Source of the DNA: Anthoceros angustus
Lineage: Eukaryota; Plantae; Anthocerotophyta
DNA length: 64,000 nucleotides
Assembly (NCBI GenBank): GCA_010909165.1
Contig: VJWM01000011.1
Coordinates: forward strand, 1,551,456 to 1,615,455
Direction: 5' to 3'
This document shows positions 1-11,537 of this stretch, one piece after another. A program made the position numbers and the translations under genes. Position 1 is the first letter of the stretch. Each line of letters starts with the position of its first letter. The notes under the pieces were generated by a model. It was not told the origin of the DNA. It was given only the letters and a program-made list of their open reading frames with translations, and ran no database searches.

Positions 1-234
1 CAATGGCAGCCTGGATTAGCAGCCTATGGCAACAGATGCGACCTTTGGCATAGCCCAATGGCGCAGTCACCGTCTTAGCGGCCGATGGATTCGATGTACT
101 CGTGTATGTCCATTGTTTGCAGACAAGATGCAGTTCATCGTATCAATGCTTGGCACCAATCTAAGCTAAATTAATATATACCATTTTTCATTTGATTGAT
201 CATAGCATATCAGGATGGCCAAGTAGGCTGAGAG

Positions 235-507
235 TGATGAAAATCATGTTAAGCTCTAAGCATAAAAGATGCTTGCATTACAATGAATATAATAGAAAGT
301 ACAAAAGCCTATTTATAGGCAAGGTGGCTAGGTGGTTATAACCATAAGTTGTTATAACCGCCAGTTGGTTGTAACTAATATAACAACTAACCTCATAGGA
401 CAACTAACTAAGTAACTACTTAATGCCCTAGAGATAAATTAAAGCATAAGTAAAGGTGCCCTAGTAAATATTGCCCTAAACTATATGTATTTTATCACTC
501 CCACTCA
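235..507 (-). mobile_element. Copia-type LTR (235-497) with adjacent polypurine tract (498-507); element remnant
   Basis: TG...CA ends with an imperfect terminal inverted repeat (tgatgaaaat / attttatca) and an internal gcctatttatagg. The flanking ctcccactca is the reverse complement of tgagtgggag, the same PPT that precedes the Copia 3' LTR at 60532-60541. Confidence 0.6.
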
Positions 508-1179
508 CTATGAATGTAGGGGTGAAAATAAGCTACAAAATGAGACTAAATACACTAGCAAACTCCTACTAGATAGATAGTTACTAGCTCAGAAAATAAA
601 CTGAAAGTCTATGTAGCTTGAGCAAACTAAACTAAATTAATGATTAATTTAGGTGTGTTAAATAGGTATTTAAAAATCGAGAAAAAGCAAAAAGAAAAGC
701 CCGAAATTAAAAATGGGGGATAATGCAAAACCCCCCGAAATTAAAATAAGGGGATAATGCAAACACACCCCGATGTGTTGGGAGTCGGGATCGGGACCTT
801 CTGTCAAGGCGTCGTCTATAACCACCACACTTTCCAGTAGGACCTTGTCATTCGAAGGAAGTGTCTTGGCTGTTTTACCCGTCAATGGCGGTACCACAGA
901 AAAATGCACTCGTGTAGCCATCTTGCAAAACCTCATGGAGAAAATAGTTTAGTGGTACAAACTTCTCGGACTTGGGAACTGGGCTTGGTATTGTTGGACT
1001 CTTAGAGATGCTTCAGATCCTGACTAGAAAACTATGCATCAGTTCGTCCATGTCTGTCCACCAGCTCTGACCTGATTGCTTCCACGCACGGATTTCAATT
1101 TTGTGCCTGCTCCCACATCTGGGCATTGGTTTATGTCTTTGGCAACAAAAGATAGGCTGACGCATCTTTCTTGTGGCAG

Positions 1180-2053
1180 ACTCTAGGTCCTAGAGTCTGC
1201 CAGATTGCGACATCAGTACAGACACTGACTGCAACCAAGCAAGTGCCTCATCCAGTCGGCCTGCACGGCCCAGGAGATCAACCATGCACGTGTAGTGCCC
1301 CATTTTGGGGGTGATGCCGTAGTCTTTGATCATGACATGAAAGTATGTAGTGTCTCCCCTCGCTTACTAGCGCCGTATGACTGTCAGTACGTCTAGCAAC
1401 GTGTTGCCATCTGGCTATTACCCATCATCTCCCATGCTGAGAAGCAAGGTACAAACATCTTCACTGACTCCTTTTCACCAAGTCCATGAAACACCCTCTA
1501 AGCTGCCTTTAGCATACTCTAAGCAGCCAGACTCGGCATACATGTTCCATACACAACTGCCTACAAAGACATCAGATCGATGTCCTAGTTTTCTAGTCTG
1601 CAAATGAAGCGGCTAACCCTTCTCTAGAGCTGAGCGCCTCACATGTGCATATGCCTGCAGTAGGCAGACAAATGTCACCTAATCCGGTTCTGCACTGCCA
1701 TCTTCTTGCATAAAACTAAAGAGATAAAGAGCTTTTCGGCCCATGCCCTTTGTTTCCAAGTCTGTGAAGGTTTCTTCAGTGTCATCCAAGTTGCCACACT
1801 TTGCATATCTGTTTACCAAACAGTTAGCGATGAGAAAATCAGCTGTATGTCCTCCTTGTAAAATCTGTGTATGAAGCAGCTTCCCCTTATCCAATGCCGA
1901 GGCACCCACTCTTGCACCAGCTTGCAGGAGGAACATTAACGTCATGCAATTGGGTACCTTCTCCAAGGCTGGCCACACTTGCAATTGAAGCCTTGGAGAA
2001 GGGGATTCAGCTGCAAGTGTGGCCACACTTGCACACGCTAGTAGGACGCGCAC
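1180..2053 (-). pseudogene. Degenerate PLS/E-class pentatricopeptide repeat (PPR) gene
   Basis: ORF 1679-2053 has GKLLHTQI..FLIANCLVNRYAKCGNLDD. The minus strand at about 1244-1301 reads [19 protein letters not shown], a typical S2/E-region motif. Stops and frameshifts lie between them; boundaries are approximate. Confidence 0.8.
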
Positions 2054-2484
2054 AAATGTCCCACAGGTCTGGGCACCGCCATGCCATGAAAGGGACTGAG
2101 GTAAGCTCTGGTTCGATGAAAGCCACCAGAATTACCAGATACTATCTCGTTGCGGTTAAGGATGGATTCAAAGCACAAAGATAACACATGGAGCGCCAGT
2201 CTGCCCGAAGCAGAAGAGAAGTGGAGCAGCGGCAGGCTACCGATCAGAACGTGAAGCGGAAGCTACGAGTTGCGGCCGGGCAAGGGCATTCCGTAGGTAG
2301 ACTGTCTAACAGATCAATCAGACATTTGAGTTTCTCGAACTCTAAAAATAAGGACAACAGCACCAGGTCGCTTGTTGAGGCATGATGGTAAGCTTCGGCA
2401 GCAACAGGCATTAAGCCAGGCACCCCACAATACGAATAGACCCACTAGACTAATTGGGTGCAAAGGTTCCGAAACCTTGACACG

Positions 2485-4016
2485 CTACTTCACAAAGAGA
2501 TACTTCTGCAACTTCAGGGTTACATACACTAATCCCAACAAGACAGGTACCTCAATCAACGGGCCAATGGTTGCAGCCAATGCCTCTTGAGAGTCTATGC
2601 CAAAACTGCCCACAGCCACGGCTATGGCAAGCTCGAAATTGTTGCTGGATGCAGTGAACGACTGAGTAACAGCCTCTGCATAAGGGATGCCCAGACGACG
2701 ACACAGCCACACAGATGAGAAGAAAACGATTGTGAAGTACAGAAGCATAGGGACCGCCACTCTTGCCACGTCCCCGATGTGGTCGACAATCTGATGAGCT
2801 TGGATGGAGAACATCACAAAAATAGTGTACAGCAGGCCAATAAGAGCCCAGGGCGCTATGAAAGGTATGAACTTGGTGTCGTACCACTTTCTACCCACGG
2901 TGTAACGTAGGAGTACCTTGTGATGAATCCAGCAGCCAGAGGAACTGAGAAAAAGCAGCACACTTCTGGCGATACCCCAGGCCCCTACATCAATGCCCTT
3001 GCCCTGGAAACCACTTTAAGATAGAAGAGAGAAGTGGAGTATACAACACCATCTGCATCACAGAATTGATGGCCACCAGTACTGCACACAGCTGTCCATC
3101 TCCCTTGGCCAGATCATTCCATATGAGCACCATGGCGATGCATCTGGCAATCCCCACCAGAATAACCCCTGCCCTGTAGTGCTCAAGATCCGGAAGTGTG
3201 GCCCAAGCAAGGCCTGTCATGAGTGCAGGGCCCACAAGCCAATTCAGAATGAGGCTCAACACCACATTTCGCGCCAGTCCTCCAGTCTTGATTGTTTTAT
3301 AAAGAACTTCATACCGAACTTTGCAGAGAACTGGATACATCATGACCCACAGTCCTACGGCAATAGGCAGAGAAACAGATGCCAGTTTCACAACCTCCAG
3401 TCTCTTCTTGATTCCTTTCACATAGTAACCAATAACGAGTGCCAATGCCATGTCCACAAGTATCCAGACGAACAGGTAGCGATCTAGCAAAGACAACTTC
3501 TTGAACAGGCCTACATCTGCGATAAGTATTCATGCCGAGTAGGTCAGTCACACTCTAGGAACTCTTCAGAAGACAAAGAAAGCCAATCTTTCACGAACTG
3601 AAATGCTGTACCGGCGGAGTCGTCAGCTCCAGGCTTCATCACAGCCTCACACAAGCTCCTCCATGTGGTAGCAATATTGACACACTCGTCTGCCGATCAA
3701 ACGCCTGGCAACATGCACTTTAGAGTAATTACCAAAACAGCAGAGACACTCTCAATTTCTCACAGCACAAACATGAAACTTGCCACCAGCAAGCCTTCAC
3801 GAGAGGTGGAGCTCACTTCTCTGCTGGTGCAACAATAAACCCCGGCGCAATTTTCGTCCGGCTGCGCAGCAACATCGGCTAATGCTGAACCATTTGCCAC
3901 AAATCTGCAGCGCAAACCCCGTCCGCGCTCTGAATATTGAAGGAGGTCTGCTGCGCACCAACCGGGCGGCAAAGAACCTCCACTTCATCCCTTTCAAAGG
4001 GAACTTCCAGGGCCAT
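2485..4016 (-). CDS. ACR3: ACR3 arsenite/antimonite efflux transporter (BART superfamily), copy a; exons about 4016-3817, 3704-3612, 3516-2485; about 440 aa after indel correction
   Basis: Diagnostic motifs LSLLDRYL, GLWVMMYP, NWLVGPALM, ARCIAMVLIWN (conserved Cys), SNNFELAIAVA and GPLIEVPV. GT-AG introns at 3816-3705 and 3611-3517 have compatible phases. Several 1-2 bp deletions relative to copy b break the frame (about 3920, about 3650, and 2910-3035). Confidence 0.92.
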
Positions 4017-7000
4017 GACTCGGCACCGGAATGTCACCTAGCGCGCTCCTCACGCCAAGGACGAATGCCGTCTCCTGATGAAGCACCCTGACAGAGATGC
4101 AAATGGCGCCAGCCGCAAAATCGCCACAAGTGAGAAGCAAAATGCTCCACGCGAATACACAGCACTGCAGCCAAATCGGATCTGCTTTCGGGCTAACAAA
4201 ACGATAGATGCACTGACTCCAAGGCCTTGACAAACATGAAAGATGGTACACCACGAACACCAATGTGCTGCTTCCCTCTCCCGCTCATACGATGCATTCC
4301 TGCAGAATACACTTCCCAGTTTGTGGCCGACGGACAACCACCTGCCGTCAGCACAGATCATCAACTCGGTGGAGAGCAACAACGGGTTGAGCTTCCCACC
4401 GGCGTCACAGCCAGGGGCCAAGGCCAGCTCGGCAGCAACGATCTTGGGAGAGCCTGCTAAAGGCGGGCCGGACCCACATTATACTGTACACCGTGGCAGA
4501 TCGAACACGAGAAGCCGGTTCCTGGGTATATCGGAAGCCGGGAGCCGGTAGCACCCTCTCTCTACAAGCATGAAACCCCGTACGGCCTCATTTCGGCTCA
4601 TTTTTTTTGGGTCGCGCGGAGCGGCTGCCTCCGCAAGCTCCGTTTTACGGTCCGTTTTGGGCGGTGTCCACCGCTTTTGTTTTGCATTTAGAGTTTTGTA
4701 TTTAGGGTTCTTAGTTAGGGTTTCTGGTATATGTAATTATATTTTTCTTTTCTGTTGTTTCGTTAATCAGTATTCAAGACAGTTATGTCCTAATTAGGTA
4801 TATTTTTTATTACTGACATTTTTTTCCCCAACAGTTTTCAGGGCTCTAACGTTGTTATGGTTTTTGACCGTTTTATGTTGCCCCTACGCATTATTGCTCG
4901 ATCAATTAGCTTATTTTAGTCATGTTGTAGTATAATGGATGTCTAACATTTTTATGTTGTTCCTTACCATAGTACCTCTGTGTTTTTGGTCGCATGGGTA
5001 ATTTTCAGGTGGGCGGCATGTTCCCTCTTCTATTTTGCATTTTGTATTCAGTTGCTTTTTCTAATACTTTTATGGATTTTAACACTGTTATAGCTTCTAA
5101 TAATTTTATGTTGTTTCTTATCAAAATTACTTTATTTATCATCATATTCTACTGATTTTGTATGTCACAGCAATGACCAGGCGACAGCAACACAAGCCCG
5201 GATATTAGACTCGCAACCCTAGACTGAACAGCAATATATTTGGCATATACTTTCATTCTCGTAATTAGAAAATAGAACTAATACATGTAATTCAAGTAAT
5301 TAGTTGAATAGCCTATTTAACTTTCTTGACCTGCACCACCATACATGTACAAGACTTAATGGTCATTTGCTGCACTTCTCTTTATAGTAAGATATCAACA
5401 TCACCTAAATTGTATGTCTCCAACTTACGGTCATTGTTTACGATATCCCTCCATGTCCTACATCCCGTTCCATTTCAGCAATCTTGGCTGCCATCCCTGA
5501 ATTCCATGTCTACAATATAGTAAAATAAAACATGAATAATAATTCAACAATAATAATAATATAAAGTATAAAATCAAACTTAAGTTAAACTTAATCAGAG
5601 CAATTGAGCGAGCGGAAGGGCAAGTATAGTCGGGAGGGCGGGAGGACTTGGGGTATAGAAGAAAGCATGAGCCGGTGTCGTAGAGAGAAGGTACACCGGA
5701 GGACCCGGTTCACATCCGCCACCGTGTACCGTATAATGATTGTTGTGGGTCCGGCCCGCCCATAGAAGAGACGCGGGCGGATGTCGATCCAGATGCGCTT
5801 GGGGTCCATGTTGGGATGGGAAATGAGATACCTAGTCTACTTTATTTGTGCATTTCAAGACCAGGGCTATTTCGGGACAACAGCCGCTGGCAAGCTGCAC
5901 AGAAGCCTATCCAAGGTTGGAAGCGGCACCAAACCAACCAACCATATGAACTCGGAGTTCGATGTCTTCTCAAACCAAAATTTCATAGCCGAGGAGTTAC
6001 TGTTACCAGGTCCAGATCCTGGAGCGGCAGATTCATCTGCATCTGGGAGACCTCGATTCATCCGCATCCGGGACTACCAGGTGGCCCTTGGAGGACGACG
6101 AGGGCAGATTCTTCAACCTACGAGTCTCATTGAATGGTTTTTGACGACAGGAATTTGTCGGAGGGGGCCAGCTTTTTACCTCCACCGATGAGTTGATTCA
6201 AATCCCAGGATTGCAATGGCTCTGGTATGACAATCAATTCTATCAACCAAGGAGCTTCTGAGGAAAAAAATTGCATCTGGCTAGGAATGCCAGCCATTGC
6301 CAGGATGGAGGAGCGGAAGGTTCATCTGCATCCGGGACGGAATCTGTTGGTGCTTCAAGGGCCGCTGACTTGGTGTGCGTGCGTTGCAAGCGTCGATCAG
6401 GAAGCATCTTGCCTGCTCAGCGCTGCCTCAGCATTGCGCGATCTGCTGTGGAAGACTCTTCTGTCCAGGAACCAGCGTCGGCCAGCCAGGCTCAAGAATA
6501 TCCGGATTACTGTACAGCTTCGATAGATAGGGAGCACGTCTGTGCGCGGATGGGACCCAGCATCTAGCTGCGTTTTGGGCTTTGAATTCGGAGGAGACTG
6601 GAGGAAGCACCGGTGGATGAGGTGCAAGATTGGTGACTTGCATTCGAGAACTGAATGTGGCGTCTGGCTTGGTTGTTGGATTGCGAGAGGCAAGGGGGAC
6701 TGCATGCTAGCACGGTGCACTGCACATGGACTGGCTCCTCCGAGGCTCAAATTGCATGTATCTACCAACTCCGGAGATCACACGCCTGGAACGGGTACTG
6801 GCTCGAGATTGTGAGAAGTATTCACCGTACGTGGTGCTTAACTGGGGAGCTTGGAGATGTTGAAAAAGGAGCGCAACAATGTCGAAGCTCTGTCTCTCAT
6901 ACCTTCTTAGCAAAGCGCGCATTTGATAGAAAATAGAGGTATGGGTCGAAACCTTGGCTTTGGTGCTGCGTTGAGAAGGAATTGACGAGGAGCTTTTGCC

Positions 7001-7253
7001 GTGCTCATTTTGATACACGGAGCCCGCGATAGAGATCTTGCCAGGCGGGTGATGAAACAAGTTTTAAGCATCCAACACAAGCATAACAGTTTTCGAGTCG
7101 TTGATTGCTACGAGCGAGAAATGCACCAAGCCTCCCTATCACACACACACACAACTACCATAATTAAACAATAGTCGACTGCTAGACTGTCGTCGGAAGC
7201 ACCATGCCCTTGCTTGCCTGTAAGGTAGAGGGAGCAGATCTGCAAAGTGGCTG

Positions 7254-7742
7254 TCACACAGATGCGGTTGCAGTTGCGGCTGCGGCTGGCTCAGGAGGTG
7301 GTGGATGGACCAATTCTTCCTCTTGGCCCTGGTCTTGGGATTTGGCATAGCCTTGCTCTTGCACAAGGAGCTGGATGCGGCGCTTGATGTCATCCCTAAT
7401 GAGGCGGACGGTTTCCACGCTCTGGCCCTTGGGATCCTGCAGCTGCCAGTCTACCCGCTGCAGCCCGGGTACGTATGGGCAAGCTTCCCCGCATCCCATG
7501 GTGACCAGCAGCTTGCTCTTCTCCGCAACCTCCTTGGTGAGCAGCTGCGGCTTCTTGTCCGACAGATCGATCCCGACCTCCTTCATGGCCTCCAGGACCT
7601 CCGGGTGCACGCGGCTGCCGGGCACACTCCCCGCCGACACGGCGTACGCCAGCTTGGGATCCGCCAAAGCGTCGAACCAGGCTGCCGCCATCTGCGACCG
7701 CCCCGCATTGTGCACGCACGCGAACAGGATACAGTCTGCCAT
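7254..7742 (-). CDS. arsC: Bacterial-type arsenate reductase ArsC (LMW-PTP fold, thioredoxin-coupled type), 162 aa, intronless
   Basis: Intact ORF with P-loop C9-VHNAG-R15-SQMA, SAGS.PG..VHP, TMGC84GEAC88PYVPG and DWQLQD103PKG. It ends in a low-complexity Q/E/P/A tail of about 30 aa. Confidence 0.95.
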   Translation of the reverse strand: MADCILFACVHNAGRSQMAAAWFDALADPKLAYAVSAGSVPGSRVHPEVLEAMKEVGIDLSDKKPQLLTKEVAEKSKLLVTMGCGEACPYVPGLQRVDWQLQDPKGQSVETVRLIRDDIKRRIQLLVQEQGYAKSQDQGQEEELVHPPPPEPAAAATATASV

Positions 7743-8079
7743 GCCTCAATCTTGCGCTGCCTTCCTCACCCTAGAAGCATGCTTCTTGCCAGGAGAAGTA
7801 GCCGCAGTCGGCCCGGCCGTGGAACCGTGGAATGCGGAAGGTGGCTCTCTCCGATTCTAGAATATCCGGGTTGGCCCTTGAGATGTGAGCAAGTTGCTCC
7901 TGCGAAAAGCGCCTTCCAGACACACTGGACGATAAGCAAAAAAGAGAGGAAACAGCAATACCGGTAGTATCACCTGGCTTTTAGACTTCCTGCTGTTTTT
8001 CTTCAGCAATCAGAACGCGGAGCGAACAGAACACGGGGTAGATAGCTTGAATTTGATACCTTTCATACTTTCGCACACG

Positions 8080-9519
8080 CTGTGTCACAAAGAGATGCTT
8101 CTGCAACTTCTATGTCACATCCACTAATCCCAAGAAGACAGGTACCTCAATCAACGAGCCAATGGTCGCAGCCAATGCCTCTTTAGACTCTATGCCAAAA
8201 CTGCCCACGACCACGGCTATGGCTATGGCAAGCAGCAAGCTCGAAATTGTTGCCGGATGAGTAACAGCTTCTGCATAAGGGATGCCCAGACGTCGACACA
8301 GCCACACAGATGAGAAGAAAACGATTGTGAAGTACAGCAGGATAGGGACCGCCACTCTTGCCACGTCCCCAATGTGGTCGACAATCTGATGAGCTTGGAT
8401 GGAGAACATCACAAAAATGGTGTAGTAAGCCAATGAGAGCGCAAGGCGATAGGAAAGGAATGAACTTGGTATCGTACCACTTTCTTCCCATGGTGTAACG
8501 TAGGGAGTGCCTTGTGATGATTCCATCAGCCAGAGGAACTCCAGGAAAACGCAGCACACTTCTGGCAATAGCCCAGGCCCCCACATAAATGCCCTTGCCA
8601 CTGGAAACCACTTTAAGGTAGAAGAGAGGAAGCGGAGTATAAAACAACACCTGCATCACCAGTATTGCACACAGCTGTCCATGTCCCTTGGCCAGATCAT
8701 TCCATATGAGCACCATGGCGATGCATCTGGCAGTGTCCACCAGAAGAACCCCTGCTCTGTAGTGCTCAAGATCTGGGATGAGGCTCAACACCACAACCCG
8801 AGCAAGGCCTCCAGCCTTGACCCATCTTGTAAAGAGCTTTCTTACCGAACTTTGAACAGAACTGGATACATCATGACCCACAGTCCTACGGCAATAGGCG
8901 AGATACAGATGCCAGTTTCACAACCTCCAGTTTCTTCTTGATTCCTTTCACGTAGTAACCAATAACCAGTGCACATGCCATGTCCAAAAATAGCCAGACG
9001 AACAGCTTCTTGAACAGCCCTACAGCTGTGAAACAATATTAATGCCGAGGAAGTCAGTCACTCTCTAACAACTCTTCAGAAGACAAACAAATCCAATCTT
9101 CCACAAACTAAAGTGCTATACCTGCGGAATCGTCAGCTACACTCTTTTTTACAGCCTCGCACACAGGCTCCCCTCCATGTGGTAGCAATATTGACACACT
9201 CGTCAGCCGATCAAACCTGGCACAACATACACTGAAAGTAATTATCAGAGGGAATCTCAACTTCTCACAGCACAGACAATTAAACTTGGCGCCACCGACA
9301 AGACATCGATGAGAGGCCAAGTTCACTTCTGTGCTGGTGCAACAATAAAACGCTGACTGAGTCTTCGTCAGGCTGAGCAGCAACAGTCGAACCACTCGCT
9401 ACAAATCTGCAGCGCAAACCCCCGTCCGCGCTGTGAAAATCGAAGGAGGTCCGCTGCGCACCAACCGGGCGGCAAAGGACCTCCACTTTGTCCCTTTCAA
9501 GCGGAGTTTCCCGGGCCAT
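8080..9519 (-). pseudogene. ACR3: ACR3 paralog, copy b, pseudogene
   Basis: Colinear with copy a, including both introns and upstream sequence to about 9850. It lacks the NWLVGPALMTGLAWATL segment (reads LSLIPDLEH), has further deletions and frameshifts, and has a premature TAG at 8110-8112. Confidence 0.88.
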
Positions 9520-10266
9520 GACTCGGCAACGGAATGTTGCCTAGCGCGAGCCTCAGGAGTCCGTCACTGCGCCAGGGCCTGCACAGTGCACACATGGTCC
9601 GCAAGACACAAGTCCGAGACAAGTCAGAAACACAGGCACGAGCAAATTTGAAGGCCATCACCTCATGCACCGAGATGCAAATTCCGCCAGCTGCAACATC
9701 ATCAGAAGTGAGGAAGAAAATGCACTCTACTTCACAGCACTGCAGGAAAATCGGATTTGCTGTGGAGCTAATCAAAACGATCGCTGCACTGACTACAGAG
9801 CCTTGACGAACAAGTAGCTCACAACGCGCACCAATTTTCAGCTTCCCTCTCGTGCTCCAATTTTGCGTTTATTAGAAATGATTTAGTGCAACATATCAAA
9901 ATGTGTTAGAGACTGAATGATGGCTGCGTCCATAGCCACTCTGGAGATCGAATATGGATGTTGAGACTGAGGAACACTTTGTTTTCCTCTGTCTCATATA
10001 TGAAGATATTAAGTATATATTTATCAATTTATTTACAACATCTCAATCTTTACTAAAGGGTTTTTTCAATTATTTTGATCCTATTATTGTAGGAGTTTGC
10101 TTGAAACAAATATGAAAGATGAGGACCACCCAAATTCAACTTCTCAACTTGCCGGATATTTGATTATGCTTCACAGCACTAGTCTCTAAGCCAAACTCAG
10201 AATAGCAGTTAATTTTCACGATAGTTTCCATGTATATCTGTCAAATCAGTCCCATGACGGAAATCA

Positions 10267-10935
10267 TCCTTAGTGGACTTAAATAAAATTCTTCTTCTTC
10301 TTCTTCCGTTATGAATAGTGCCCTAAAAAATAGGTCATAAAGAGTGCTCTAAAAATAATAAATTTGTATATGTCGCGCCATAACCGCATAGCTGCTCACT
10401 TCTCTCACGAAACAAACCAAGTCTACCATGAACCAAGCTCTATTATGCTTTACACTCCATTTACCTATTTCTATTGCATAAAATAAGAGCCGCAAATGGG
10501 ATTGCTGATGTGCAAAAATCAAAGTATTTCGATTTCATTCACTCGCACACACACACACTGATTGGGCTCTGCTGCATACGGGATCTGTGTGTCTACACAC
10601 ATCCGCCTATCTCGGCACTTCCTTCGGTAAACATCAGCAATCCACCTCCTTCGGATTGCTCCTTCCTTTTATGAGCCATCCTCCTCCATGCCATAAATGT
10701 CTTTGCTATCTTGAGGAGATGTGCGCCATGACCGAGGCGCCGCCTTTGCGTTAATGCTCTTGTCTTCCTCTTGACTTTCTGCCACACGCCATTTATGCAC
10801 ATACGGCTTACACGGGCCTTTCCTTACAATACTCGTACTATGCAGCTACCATACGATTGCTATACGGTTATGCTTACCAACATGCACATCCCCTAAAAGA
10901 AGAAGAAGAAGAATTTTATTTGAGTCCACTAAGGA
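10267..10935. mobile_element. MITE-like non-autonomous element with 39-bp terminal inverted repeats
   Basis: tccttagtggacttaaataaaattcttcttcttcttctt (10267-10305) matches the reverse complement of 10897-10935 with 1 mismatch. A second inverted pair is taaccgcatagc (about 10381) / gctatacggtta (about 10859). No coding capacity and no clear TSD. Confidence 0.65.
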
Positions 10936-11537
10936 CATGCCATAGCCACGCTCGGAGAGGCACGGGCGATGCCCGGGCTTCCACAATCAAGACGTAACCT
11001 AACGGAATGTCTTCAATGCTCACGTGGTGCGCTATAAACGGGATTATTAGGCCTCACTCCATCTCCTTCCCCACACATTTAAATTTCCTTACGGACTCCC
11101 ACGACTCCGCCTCGCTGATGCACCGCCATGGGCGCCATCTCCCGGCCGGGGCTGGGCTGCCGTCTCCTCAGGCAGGCCAGTCTAACAAGTGGAAATTGTG
11201 CAACCTCTAGGTCACGAGCAACGATATTCTTGGCGGCGTCATGGTGTTCCGAACGACCTCTACGGAAGTTTGTTCTTCCACATTCGAGACCGCATTCTAT
11301 CTGGCATTGCGAAGATTAGGGCGTAAGATAGCATTTCATTTCTCCGATCACCAAAGCCGTGTTCGTGAAAATCTGCTGATATGAATAGACTGGGCCGGCC
11401 CTCTCGTAATCAAGTCGGGCCGCCGTCCCGCCCTCCGTGCTGCTGCGGGTCTAGCCCTCCGCTACTACCGTGCTCCCGCCTATGTTTCTCCTACCAAAAT
11501 TTACTCCTTGCGAGAAGGACGCCGTTGGTGCCTGAAG

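Noticed and set aside
7305-7967. 220-aa and 161-aa plus-strand ORFs
   Set aside because: Antisense shadows of the GC-rich arsC gene.
7254-9519. ACR3-ArsC fusion protein like those in some Actinobacteria
   Set aside because: ACR3b has a premature stop, the spacer has stops, and an in-frame TGA lies two codons before the arsC ATG.
2485-9519. Bacterial contaminant contig explaining the ars genes
   Set aside because: Both ACR3 copies have conserved spliceosomal introns, there is no arsR, and the flanks are a PPR relic and LTR/MITE DNA. Read-level confirmation is still needed for arsC itself.
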